A stretch of DNA of 63,586 nt, filler included, from Octopus bimaculoides (lineage: Eukaryota): NCBI RefSeq assembly GCF_001194135.2. It is 5 parts of 4 records of this genome, joined end to end, with 100 filler letters (N's around TTAATTAATTAA, not from the genome) between each part and the next. Parts side by side here need not be neighbours in the genome. Positions count along the whole stretch, not along the records: positions 1 to 24,650 come from NC_068983.1; positions 24,751 to 40,563 come from NC_068989.1; 3 more parts are not named here. One strand, 5' to 3'. The position numbers and the translations under genes are program-made. Below are positions 13,390-25,727 of the stretch, piece by piece (position 1 is the first letter of the stretch; each line of letters opens with the position of its first letter). The notes under the pieces were generated by a model. It saw nothing but the letters and a program-made list of their open reading frames with translations. It had not been told where the DNA came from and searched no databases.

Positions 13390-13430
13390 TAAGTATAGAA
13401 AACATTTAAATTTTTAAAAAATTTAAAAGA

Positions 13431-13677
13431 AAAGTCTTTTTTTTTTAAAGAATATATGCATAGCGTTCAAATACAAGTGGCATTTTCCTTGTTACTGCTT
13501 GTTTCTGTCTCTCTTGTTTACTCTTGTGTGTTCCAAGTCGTTTTGAATTCTTGGTAGGGAAGAATTCACAACGACTTCGAACACACAAAAGTAAACAATA
13601 GAGACAGAAACAAGCAGTAACAAGAAAAATGCGACTTGTATTTGAACGTTATGCATATGTTCTTTTAAAAAAACTTT
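13431..13677. repeat. Long foldback inverted repeat (~115-120 bp arms, 7 nt loop)
   Basis: 13436-13552 is the reverse complement of 13560-13673 with about 9 differences. The loop GGTAGGG is at 13553-13559. Confidence 0.93.
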
Positions 13678-13689
13678 ATACCTACCTTG

Positions 13690-14035
13690 AGTGCACAAGA
13701 TCAAGCATTAAGAACTAATTAGATAAAAGCAAGATAGACAAAAAGCAATTAGATTCCCAATGTAGATCATGTAAACCAAAAGAGAAAAGTATAACTCATA
13801 TAGTAAGTGAATGTAGCACACTGGCACAGAAAGAATACAAGAAAAGATATGACAATCTAGTAGGAGTAATCCACTGGGAGCTATGTAGAAATCTAGGACT
13901 TGAACATACTGATAAACGGTATGAATATGAAGCCAGTAAAGTACTAGAAAGCAAGAAATACAAGATGTCGTGGAACTTAAACTTACTGACTGACAGACTA
14001 AAAGAAGCTAGGAGGCTTGATTTGGTAGTAGTAAT
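13690..14035 (+). mobile_element. R4/Dong-type LINE fragment: CCHC zinc knuckle and start of the REL endonuclease
   Basis: Translation AQDQALRTN* then, after a frameshift, IDKKQLDSQCRSCKPKEKSITHIVSECSTLAQKEYKKRYDNLVGVIHWELCRNLGL...KMSWNLNLLTDRLKEARRLDLVVV. Confidence 0.85.
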
Positions 14036-14039
14036 AGTG

Positions 14040-14074
<35 letters not shown>
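14025..14074. repeat. (GTA)n microsatellite
   Basis: The run continues in frame from the Val codons of the LINE fragment. Confidence 0.9.
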
Positions 14075-14075
<1 letters not shown>

Positions 14076-14480
14076 AACATCTCGCACAACTGTTTTTGGT
14101 CATCTGTAAAATATTGAAAAGTCAAGAAAACGGATAGGTATGTTCCACATCAACTGAACGAGATTAAAAAACCCAGACGCCTCGATGTGTGATCCTTATT
14201 GCTTTCTCAACTGGAGAAAAAGCCATTTTTGCATCAAATCATTACTTGTGATGAGAAATGAATACTCTTTGACAACAGCAAAAGAACAGGACAGTGATTA
14301 AATGCAGAAGTGTCACCAAAACACTACTCAAACCCACTATTGCACCCTAAAATGTCAGTGGTCACTGTATGGTGGTCTGCAACAATGGGAAACGGTAACA
14401 GCAACATCGTATTGCCAGGAAATTGATTGTATGCATGAGAATTTGAAAAAGAAGCAACCCAGACTAGTGAATATAGATGG
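14075..14480 (+). mobile_element. Internal fragment of the same mariner family as 4807-6038
   Basis: Aligns by eye to ~5260-5670 (GATAGGTATGTTCCACATCA, TGTGATGAGAAA, GTCACTGTATGGTGGTC, CAGGAAATTGATTGTATGCATGA), with an internal deletion. Confidence 0.85.
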
Positions 14481-15869
14481 ATCAGTGAATAGAGAATAGA
14501 AAAAGTGCTGATAGAAATGAAAAATACTTAGTTTCATTGGTAAAACATTATGTGTTCGAAAACCCTATTTAGGTCAAGAAATAAAGTATTATTATGATTT
14601 TATTTTTGTATTCCTTTAAGAGATAATTGTTTTTCTTTTTCCTATAAATAGTTTTGGAGTTTTAGACAATAATGAAACCGCTATTTTGGTGAATATGAGG
14701 TCGATGTCGTCAGTCTAAAGTATTTCAATCTGTTGTTCACAAAAGAATGACATCTGTCAATATCACTTCTTTTGTAAGCAGGATTACTGATAAATCACTT
14801 TATTAAAATATATCTCGAGGTGCGCTAACACTACGTCTGCACGCTTCTCATACATTTTACTTGGGGATGTTTTACACACGTAATTAGAGAGAAATAAATC
14901 GATTTGTTATACTTTATTGCATGTAAAAACAATTGGCTAATTTATTTCTAATGACCATTTCTGTATCAAGTTCAATGAATATTTTGTTGTCAGATGTTTA
15001 AAATTAATTTCTGTGGTTTTGGAAAATTTAGAGGAATGCAACAGCTAGAGGCTGCTATTTGCTTTCCTACAAAAGAGCACAAAATTATAAAAATTATAAA
15101 AGTTTCTGCTCTAGAAGTATGTACCACAAGAACATATTACTATTCGGTCAATATTTTAGCATAACTTTAAAATGTTGTACTATACCGGTACTTTCATGTA
15201 GATTACTTTTCTGGATTACTTTATTCAGCCGCAAATTTATCCTGCAGGGAAATAAACTGAACAGAAATATGTCTACCGACCAAGTATTAGTTTCGTAGTA
15301 AACGTCGTAAGGCGTAGATTAATTGCGATATTTATAGAAATTTTACTCTGAGACATGCGTGATTCTGACATTTCAGAATCTTATAGTCCAGTAGATCAAT
15401 ATCATAATCTTTTAACTAATTCTTCTCTCTATGCAAAAACGTGGTCTTTCTAGATTTCAAGTATTTCTATAATACTTCCTTTGTCTGCCATTGACCACTA
15501 GATGATTATATCTAGCGATAATTTCCCTATCTTCACCTTCATCACACGCCTATCCATATACGTTTGAGTGAGAATGAAAACCTCACACTTAGATGTGATG
15601 ATAAATTGGCTCCTCGCTTCGGTTTCTATAGCGAATCTAACATTTACAGTGCCATATTTTTTTAAAATGATGTATAAATTTTTCTCCAGTAGCTGCTTGC
15701 TTGGAAAATAAGTGATGTAACCTTAATGAACAGCTGATACCATAAGACATCTCCAGAAGACGAGCAGAGACGAAAATATAGTAATATATCTCCAGAAGAT
15801 GAGCAGAGAAAAAGAAATCGATAACAATAATGATGAATTCTCCCATCGAAGACGACGGATGAGTGTTCA

Positions 15870-16115
15870 GTTTTTCCGAACGACTTGCACAAATGATTGG
15901 CTAATAGTAATCAAATGTTCGTGCTGCACACTAGCTCACTCCCTCCGTCAAACTAACGTTGCTTGAACTGGTGCAGTGTGTAGCATGTGTCAGGTCTCGA
16001 CGTGATCGTAGAGTGACGCGTGATGAAGTGTTTTGCTCAAGAACACAACACAAGGAATTGAAACCATGATCTCGCGATCGTGAGTACAATGGCCTAACCA
16101 CTAGGTCATGTGCCG
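15870..16115 (-). mobile_element. tRNA-derived CORE-like SINE, a distinct family
   Basis: Minus strand has an A-box-like TGACCTAGTGG, a B-box-like GGTTTCAATTCC and a CORE-like GTGTTCTTGAGCAAAACACTT. Confidence 0.6.
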
Positions 16116-16151
16116 TGACTAATAATAATAATAATAATAATTATTATTATT

Positions 16152-16392
16152 ATTATGATGATGATGATGATAATCCTTTCTACTAAAGACACAAGGCCTG
16201 AAATTTTGGGAGAGAGAACAAGTCGATTATATCGACCCCAGTGTTTCACTGGTACTTTAGTGTATGTATCCTGAAAGGATGAAAGGTAAAGTCGACCTCG
16301 GCCGAATTGGAACTTAGAACATAAAACAAACAAAATGCCGCTATTTTATCCGGCATACAAACGATTCTGCTAGCTCGACCGTTCACCACCTT
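16152..16392 (-). mobile_element. SINE family B (head GGCAGTGAGCTGGCAGAATCGTTAGC; central CTTTCATCCTTTCGGGGTCGATAAA; (TAA)n tail)
   Basis: Homologous copies at 16596-16730, 17425-17590, 17655-17893, 26545-26755, 27178-27382, 27400-27606, 32147-32365, 40660-40792 and 40805-41021 (all minus), plus short plus-strand heads at ~455-525 and 27888-27968. Confidence 0.85.
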
Positions 16393-16414
16393 AATAAAAA
16401 TACTACTACCACTA

Positions 16415-16592
16415 TTACTGCTGCTACTACTACTGATGCTGCCGCTGCTGCCGCTGCTGCTGCCGCTGCTGCTGCCGCTGCTGCTGCCGCTGCTGCTGCT
16501 GCTTCCGCTGCTGCTGCCTCTGCTGCTGCCGCTGCTGCTGCCGCTGCTGTTGCCGCTGATGATGATGACGATGATGATGATGGTGATGATGA
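16415..16592. repeat. (GCT/GCC)n-(GAT)n trinucleotide tract; not a poly-Ala gene
   Basis: Simple repeat lying between two SINE copies. Confidence 0.85.
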
Positions 16593-16965
16593 TGTTTCTA
16601 TTATAGGCACAATCTTGAAATTTGTGGGAAGGTTAGGTCTACTACATCGACTGCGGTACCGGTCTAGCACTTCATCGACCCCAATCGGATGAAAGGCAAA
16701 GTTAACCTAGAAGGGATTTGAACTTAGCACTTTTTAAAGAAATGAGTGAATTTCATACAAATAATGCACAAATTCCGCCTCACAGGGCTAAAATACTGAG
16801 GAGTGACTCCTCTGATATTTTGCAACCTTATGCATTACACAGGATAAATTTTTGAACATAAATCTTTGAAAGGCAGTCAAAGTTAAAACAAAATTTACGA
16901 GCGATCTTTAGCTGAGACTACTAAAATAAAATAGTAATTCTTTCTGCTACAGGCATAAGGATTGA

Positions 16966-17400
16966 AATTATTATTATTTAACATGTGGCATAGTATCCAA
17001 TATTGTGATGTTGCTGAGTTATGATATTGTGTCTACTGCTAGGGCTTGTACTGTCTCTCAAGTCAAAACAAAGAGCTAAGACAGTACTTTACGCCATATG
17101 CGTGCAGTTCTAAGTTATGCCGATTTTTGCAATACACCTAGACTGTAGGGTATTTCTAAAGTTTCCAGATGTCTTTTAAGTTTTGTGCTATTGAACACAA
17201 TGCTCCGATGACAATAGCGACAACCTTTATGTTTGATTCAAGTAGCTGCCACATCTTGGCGTTCTCAATTTTCATGTCTGCATATTTATCAATCTTTTTT
17301 CTTTCTTTCACGATAATATGTTGGTCTCCTTGCACTGCCACGTCGATTATTAGGCCCTTTTCTTTGTCCTTCCTAAAAGTTATTATATCTGGCCTGCGGT
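16966..17400 (-). mobile_element. 5'-truncated R4/Dong-type LINE with REL endonuclease, 3' UTR and (TAA)n tail
   Basis: Translation RRPDIITFRKDKEKGLIIDVAVQGDQHIIVKERKKIDKYADMKIENAKMW...VVAIVIGAL has the PD..D and KxxKY motifs. After a frameshift it continues VLQKSA*LRTARIWRKVLS, then a UTR ending ...CACATGTTAAATAATAATAAT. (TAA)n lies on both sides. Confidence 0.88.
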
Positions 17401-17654
17401 GCTTATTATTATTATTATTAATATCTCTCCTAGTGTATGCACAAGGCCTGAAATTTAGGGATATGAGTCTAATCGATTACATTGACTCTTAGAGCTCGAG
17501 AAGTAACTATTTCACCCACCACCAAATGAAGAAAAGCAAAGTCGACCTCGGCGGAATTTGAACTCGCAATGTAAACAGCCGAAAGTACCACAAATGGAAC
17601 ACGCACGCACGCATAGACGCACACACACACACACACGCACTGATATATGGATAC

Positions 17655-17893
17655 ATGTATGCTATTTTTTTTACTACCCACAAGGGGCTACACACAGAGG
17701 GGACAAACAAGGACAGACAAACGGATTAAGTCGATTACATCGACCCCAGTGCGTAACTGGTACTTATTTAACCGACCCCGAAAGGATGAAAAGCAAAGTC
17801 GACCGCGGCGGAATTTGAACTCAGAATGTAGCGGCAGACGAAATACCGCTAAGCATTTCGCCCGGCGTGCTAACGATTCTGCCAGCTCGCCGC
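17655..17893 (-). mobile_element. SINE family B, complete and well preserved, with a different 3' tail
   Basis: Minus strand reads GGCGGCGAGCTGGCAGAATCGTTAGC...GAGTTCAAATTCC (B box)...CTTTCATCCTTTCGGGGTCG...GTAGCCCCTTGTGGGTAGTAAAAAAAATAG. Confidence 0.85.
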
Positions 17894-20800
17894 CTTATGG
17901 ATACATGCATGCATAGAGATATATACCTACAAAGATTTATATATATGTGTATCTATATGTGCGTTTGTCTGTGCAGACGCGTGTTCGAAGAGAATCAATT
18001 TGTCATATAATACCGTACGCTTTGAAATCCTTCTCTGTTCATAATAATTGTCTTTTGCACAAAAAATTCCAATATTGTTGCTGGCATTTTCTTTTATGAC
18101 ACAGCATGTTATACTTCTCTGATGCCTTTAAATACCGAAGTATATTTTGTCCCAGCAAATATATAAATAAGCAGTTCCATCTGAATTATACAAGTGTTCT
18201 CTGCATAATCTTTGTTTTCAATGAATCGTCATGTGATACTATTCATAATAACACTTTTCTACGAGTTCATGTTAAACAATACTTAACAAAATACTGTTAC
18301 TATTCTCCTCGTTAGATTTTCTTAAAAATATATTCAATATCCCTGTATGAAATGTATCACAACGTTTCCATTCTACCAGAAAATACATCTCCAAGTATTC
18401 CGTTAATGACTTTCTACTGATCCGTTGATAAAAAGCAAAAAATGTTGTTACATGTACTGCTTTGGAAATGTGCTTCTTCAAACTTTGCTGGCTTGCCTAT
18501 GTCGGTAAGAAAATAATCCCTTTTATATAGGAATCCAAGGATTCTTATTTATTGATTTTTCTACACCATATTGTAATCATTCTTCTCATTGTGACAGTTC
18601 ATTCTTATCGGACATTGTTTACTAGTAAGATATTTTATGACTTTGTGCCAGTTTTCTAATAGTTATTCCTTGGAAGATTATAAGAAACGGTTTCTATTTC
18701 CAGTGTCGAGCAAGAATTAATAATTATTTTAATGTCAATTCCATGTGTTTCTCTATAAGAGGATTCGAAGCTATTTATCTATCGATCTTGAGTGATGCAC
18801 AAGGGTTGGCAGAGCAGCTTATTACACTGTTTGCATGGTTATGAAAAGGTATACTTATGAATCTAACCTCATTGTTACTTCTCTTAAACATTCTTGAGAC
18901 TTTTTAATAGATTAAATCATTCTGTATTTGGAACCAACTGGAATATCCAGCTAAATTATAATTAATTCACAATTTGCATCGGTTAAACCCATAGCAAGAA
19001 AATTATTGAATTCTCTTCAGAAATAACATGCTTCAGTATGATCAAAAGATTGTATCTTTGCTGAGTTTAAAGGTTCCATCTCAATTTCAGTGTTACTCTG
19101 AAACACAAATCTGATATCGCCCGAAAGCAAATATTATTCAAATGAATTTCAAATACCCTTGACAATGTTTCCTTCTACTGATTTGAAGATCAAAGACAAC
19201 TTTTGATCTTTGCTTATTTAATATTATGTTGTTTTGTTATATTTCTTTTATTTTTTGTTTTGTTTTCCTCCTCATAGTAACATGCATTAGTTTTCATTTT
19301 TTATTGGAAAAAAAACTTCTTATTTAAACAATCCCTTTTATCTTCACTACCGTTTTCAAATTGATAAATTGAAATATTTTTATAAATTGAAAATATTTAA
19401 TAATCTTATATTATTATACTAGATTTAAGAATCTTCTTTTTATTATGTATATATTCTACATAATTTGAAGGATATTCATTTCATGAATTCGCTCCAAAAT
19501 ATAGACTACTTTCTTTGTCTCAGCTTTATTTTTTAATGACTTTCTCAAAGCGTGTGATTTTGATTCAAGAAGGATTAGAGGAAACCATGATCCATAGGTT
19601 ATCATTCTCACACCGAAGCCCTAATCTGACTGTGTCTGTTAATAAACACCAAAAGATCACATGGTGGTGTTAAACTAAGCGACGGAGTAAGAGTACCACA
19701 TGAAAACATTATGTATTTCATATGATTGGTTTCCAAACAGCTTCCGTCTACCCAATTTAACTAATAAAACTTCGAGGAACTTAAGACAATGACAGAAGAT
19801 ATCCATTATTACACATTATACCACTTACACAATATTACAGCGATTAGTATCAATACCATGTAATATTATATTGTTTCTCAAAAGGAGGATGAAACTGGAT
19901 AAGTTGAATGCATAAAAATAAACACTGTTATCTAGACATCTCAAATTGTATTATATTGACGAAGAAAGCTTGTGACCGTTTTATATCACCTGACCTTAAA
20001 ACGAAAGCATCAGTTGTTGAGTTGACCTTTTGCAGAGGAAATAATGAATAGGCACATGAGAGGAAGGACCTAAAAAAAATGAAGGTGATTCACAAGAATG
20101 TATTTCCTGATTAGGAGTTATGTCGTGGGTTTAAGCTAAATTCACTATGGGATATATAATTCATACTCAGTAATTAATACATTAAAATAAATAATGAAAT
20201 TATAATTTGAAATAGTAGGAAGGGACTGCATATTTTCTTGTGCAGTTATTGTATTTATTGATATTTTTAAATCTAAATAACTTCTTAAAACATTTGAGCT
20301 AAGTTACACATTCATATGCATGTAACAATTTAGCATTAAAAGTCGATAAGTATATGTGTGTGTGTATGTATGTGTGACTATTATAAATGTATGTAAATGC
20401 GTATTTTATGGATTGGGAATAAGATTTTACTGCAATCGTTACAAAGTTTAGAACCAAAATTTGCATGATGGCTTCTTGGTATATATTGTTTCTGGTCTTA
20501 TCCTGTATTATATACAAAGTAGGAAAATCGATGTAATTTTCATAGGCAGTACGAGATAAACGGATGGTAGTTCTATACTATAATTTTATCTGGAATCAAG
20601 ATTATGTATTAATACTTTCACTCAAACATACCCAATGGAAGTGAACTGAAAATTAGACAATAATGAATTCATTGAAGCAAGCTTTAAATTTTAGTATTTG
20701 CTATTCATTTGAAATAAAATTCATTTTTTTCTTGATTGATTTTGTTCTTGAAATACGCTTTCATTAAATCATGGTCTGAAGCTAGCAGAAATGATCAAAA

Positions 20801-22249
20801 GTAATATCAAGTGTTAAAAATCTCTTAAGTTGAAACTAATCCCTCATCACAATTTATGGCATACACATACTCATTGCTATTCAGTTTTGCTGTTCACTCC
20901 AACCATTTAAAGATATGATTTTCAATTGCATCTTGACATCCATTATTGAAAATATTCGAATTAGAATATTGCTTTATCCCCATCTTGGATTTCTTGGTGT
21001 TTTGTTTCATTCAGATCTAAATTCTTATCTGGCACAAGTTCCATTATCTCCCTTGACATGTCTTCAATGAATTTTTTTCTTAGAGTATCGAATACTTCTG
21101 TTGATTAATTTTTGTGAGTCTGTCATCTTGTGACATCTTTTCTTACTGTTTTATGCGTTTATGCCAATCAAGGTTTATACTAAACTGTTCACCATATTTC
21201 ATGCAACTGCATAGAAGTAATTATTAATATATCTGTTCTCGGACATACGTCAAGATGACAAATAAATATACCTCGTAAACTATTAGTTAGTATTTCTTTT
21301 TTTAAAGGTATTGCTTTCCTTTAAAATATTGTGCTTAGTACACAGATAAAGGCACAGATTCGTGACACCAAGGGCATTCTTCTGAATCTCGTTACTGATG
21401 TGCACCTTGACCATTTTTGAAGAAGGAATGTTTTTAACAACAATATAAATTTCTATGTTTTGTAAGAAGAGATACTCATATAAAGACGTAGTCATATGAA
21501 GAGACAAGAAAAGGTTTCGGTAGCACAGGTAATTAATATCAGTAGTATAGTATCAGATTATATATTCATGTCGAATTTTAGTCTAGACAACACTTTCTGT
21601 ATCCATAATTTCAGATTTACATTAATGTGGTCCAGTTATAAGTGATAGGAGTAAGTTATGTTGCTTTTTTTAATGCCTATAAACAGAAATGCAATATAAT
21701 TTGACTCGGCAATCGCTATACTTACAAATTGTTTTACCGAATTTTTTTTTTTTTTTTGGCACATTCTTTTGCTGGTTCGTCTGAAAATGTGACTACATAT
21801 TAACCTATTAACCTATTAACCTATTAACCTATCTTTAATGAGACATTCTGTTTTGAAGCACGCGATTCCATCGTACAAGCTATGCATTGAAATTACCAAA
21901 AGAAGATTGGCTGTTTCATGGGAAGGATATGTGCTCAAAGCAAATTCGTAGTCGTGTCCTAATTTAATAAATAAATTTTAAAAACATTCTTCAGAGTTTG
22001 GAGAATTAAGATCTAGTTTTAAAATGCTGCAGGTGTTTTGCATTATTTATCACCACCGCAGAAGAGATACTTTGTCATGTCTAAAGCAAAAAAAAAAAAA
22101 TGTCAAAATAGCTTTTCTTTCATGTTTTAAAAACTGATTTTGTGTTCATTCAGCGAGCTGAATGTGTTTTTCCACAACGAAATTGTTTCAACAAATAGCC
22201 TTAGATCAAGTAACGTGAAATATATACAACTTATGTACGTATATATACA

Positions 22250-22296
<47 letters not shown>

Positions 22297-22371
22297 NNNN
22301 NNNNNNNNNNNNNNNNNNNNNNNNNNNNNNNNNNNNNNNNNNNNNNNNNNNNNNNNNNNNNNNNNNNNNNN

Positions 22372-22417
<46 letters not shown>

Positions 22418-23130
22418 TTGCATACACACACGTATGTGTATATATGTGTGTGTGTGCATGTATATAGACAAAAATAAAATTTTATAAAGAGATATAACAA
22501 CCTAGGTACACGGCTATGACCATGCATTTATCGAAATAACTCTATAATTCCATGCATTACTATGGAGACGAGCTGCATGCATTACAAGCTAGATAAGAAA
22601 TCATGTCGTTAATGGACACTGCTTAGTTTTAGAATCTCATATTTGTTCTCAAGTAGCAGTGAACCTGCATCTCAAGCTGATTCACTGTTCCATAACACAC
22701 TTGTGTGCGTATACATATATTCACTGGCACGCTGATAAATAAACATATATCCGTGTGTGAGTGCACGTATATGCATACACACGCACACAAACACACCTTT
22801 GTATGTCTGTGAGTCTCTGTATATAGATACGTATGGTTACAAATGTCTAATTGTTAGTATTGCATCTCTTTATGCCCTGCGATTTTATTTTTCATCAAAT
22901 AGCTACTACAAACCTAAGTGCGAAACAGAAACGAGGATTGAAATTATTAGAACGACAAAATTGCCAAAAGGCGATTTGGTGAATTGATAATCTTGTTTCC
23001 ACCTGACCTGTTTATATGCTTAAAATTTACCCGATGATAGTGAGATTTTGCTATGATGTAATGCAAGAATGTGTCAATAAAATGCACCCGAAACAGAGAG
23101 TTTTGACCCACACTTGTGTGTTTTTTCTAT

Positions 23131-23172
<42 letters not shown>

Positions 23173-23199
23173 GTATATATATATGTATATATATATATG

Positions 23200-23233
<34 letters not shown>

Positions 23234-23259
23234 TATAGATAGATAGCTAGCTAGCTAGC

Positions 23260-23330
<71 letters not shown>

Positions 23331-23401
23331 TTAGATACATGTATATAAATATATTTTTAAAATGCGTGTGTATGTGTGTGTGCGCGTGTGTATGTGTGTG
23401 T

Positions 23402-23433
<32 letters not shown>

Positions 23434-23519
23434 ACGTGTATATATATGAGCTACCACTGGGTTCATTATTCAGTTCATATTGGAATTGGTATATGTGTAT
23501 GCTTATGTGTACATATTTC

Positions 23520-24400
23520 TATGAGGGGTACCCTAAAGAAACCCAAATGTCTTTTAGTATTATTTTATTTACTTAGTATTACATGTTTACACTTTTATCG
23601 CCTTCAAAATATTCTCCATTTGATGCAATGCATCGGTCCGAGCGCGTTTTCCCCTACACAAAATATGTTGGAACTCTTGCTTTTTAACGCTCCCTTTGTT
23701 TGTTCTTTCTTCATTCTTTCACATCTGGAAATCCCGTAGCACCAGCTTCTTCGAAAAAAAGTCGGGTCAAATTCCAACTGTTCTCTCAGTCCACGAAACG
23801 CATTCAGCCATGACTACATTTGGACTTCCGTGAGCACGCGAGGCACAAATTTTGCTTCAACTCTTTTCATTCACAATTCTTCACTCAAAATTCGTTGGCA
23901 GGAGCTCCAAGACACAGCAGTCTTGTCAACATATTTGTCAATTGTTCGGTGACGGTCGTCAAAAATCAGCACATGAATTTTCATGATGTTTTCATTCGTT
24001 CGGGAGATCGACAGTCATTCTGACCAAGGTTGTTCTCCAAGTGATAGGTGATCATTTCTAAAGCGTGGTCACCACTCGTAAGCTTGTGTTTTGTTCATGT
24101 CAGCGTCCTTGTAAGCTGTTTGTAGCATGACAACTGTTTCAGCCAACGTTTTACCCAGAAAACAAGAATTTCACCGAAGCACGCTGTTTCTTCGTTTCAG
24201 CCATCGGAAAAACCGACGAACAGGAGACAAGCACTGCAAACACAAAGACACACTAAGTGACAATACGACATCACCAGACGACGCAGGTCAGCAGACAGAT
24301 GCCTGAGGGTCGCATCAAATGGCTTCTTCTAACAGCGGAAGCCTGAAATACGATAGGTTTTTCCCACAGAGAACATTTCCAGCAACTTTTGGGTATGCTC
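23520..24400 (-). mobile_element. Internally deleted mariner (irritans/Hsmar2-like)
   Basis: TIR-like end TATGAGGGGTACCC at 23520. The minus-strand N-terminus from ~24203 reads MAETKKQRASVKF..KTLAETVVMLQTAYKDADMNKTQAYEW and later RVEAKFVPRVLT. The C-terminus reads DRCIASNGEYFEG. The right boundary is approximate. Confidence 0.8.
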
Positions 24401-24625
24401 CAGTCCACTCAGCTGTAGAAATGAGTTGCGATGTCATTGGTCCCGAGCTGCATCGGCCGTTGCCTTTTCCCCGGATAACATCGTTGACGTGGAGAGAGGG
24501 GAGGATAGTATACATGGGCGACTGCTGGTCTTCCATAAACAAACATAGCTAAACTTGTGCCTCAAAGGGTAACTTTCTAGGTCCAATTCCATGGTCATTC
24601 ATGACCGAAGTGGCCTCGCCCTTTA
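24400..24625 (+). mobile_element. SINE 3' fragment (CAGTCCACTCAGCTGTAGAAATGAGT central motif)
   Basis: GC-rich block with a conserved-domain-like motif, recognised from memory as an octopus SINE body. It is the only copy in the window. Confidence 0.5.
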
Positions 24626-24922
24626 CCTTTAGTGTGTGTGTGTATCTACGNNNNNNNNNNNNNNNNNNNNNNNNNNNNNNNNNNNNNNNNNNNNTTAATT
24701 AATTAANNNNNNNNNNNNNNNNNNNNNNNNNNNNNNNNNNNNNNNNNNNNTGTATATGTATGTATACATATGCATGTATATATATGTATGTATATATATG
24801 TATATATATATGTATGTATATATATGTATATATATGTATGTATATATGTGTATATATATGTATGTATATGTGTATATATATGTATGTATATATATCATCA
24901 TCATCATCATATATATACATAC

Positions 24923-24972
<50 letters not shown>

Positions 24973-25554
24973 GATGATGATGATGATGATATATATGTAT
25001 GTATATATATAGGTATGTATATATATATATATATATATGTGTATATATGTGTGTATATATATATATATATATACATATATATGTGTGTGTGTGTGTGTGT
25101 GTGTATGGCAAATAAGAAAGTGGAGAGGATACGAAATGGACAGACATCAGCCGGTAAACATCATTCCAGTATGTCTCTTTATTCCAATGTATTAGAACGT
25201 ATTAGATGAATACATAGACATTTATTAGCAGCACAGAATATCAAATATAAATAGTTGGTAATTGCAAGAACAAAGGTGTGGAAGCATATAAATCATATAG
25301 GAACAGGTGATTAAACGAGTAAATGAGCAAATGAGCAGATTGTCAGTCGGTGCTAGTTCCTTACGGCCGTTTCTGCCAAGAGGCAACCAAATCTTCTCCA
25401 GGTTGTCTCCATCTCTTCAGTGCTATGTAGGATTGAGCAGGTAAGACTTGGATAATGAATGTGCCTTTAGGCCTCTTCAGAGGGTCTAAGTGGTTCGGAG
25501 AGCTAACACATATAAAAGACAGTTAATAATATTCTGTACTACTAATAAATGTGT

Positions 25555-25727
25555 ATCATCATCATCATCATCATCATCATCGTTTAACATCTGCTTTCCA
25601 TGCTAGCATGGGTTGGACGATTTGACTAAGGACTGGTGAAACCAGATGGCTACACCAGGCTCCAATCTGATTTGGCAGAGTTTCTACAGCTGGATGCCCT
25701 TCCTAACGCCAACCACTCAGAGAGTGT
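25555..25727 (-). mobile_element. SINE family C (GTTGGCGTTAGGAAGGGCATCCAGCTGTAGAAAC body, (GAT)n tail)
   Basis: Homologous copies at 25830-25965(-), 28385-28632(+), 28980-29322(-), 31383-31660(-), 37440-37715(+) and 39762-39955(-). Confidence 0.85.

Noticed and set aside
16383-16670. Poly-Ala ORF resembling a transcription-factor tract
   Set aside because: A (GCT)n repeat between two SINEs; the ORF ends are SINE sequence.
24695-24706. TTAATTAATTAA islands inside N-runs (also 40608-40619, 53050-53061, 61936-61947)
   Set aside because: The same 12-mer is centred in each gap and has stops in all six frames. It is a scaffolding linker, not biology.
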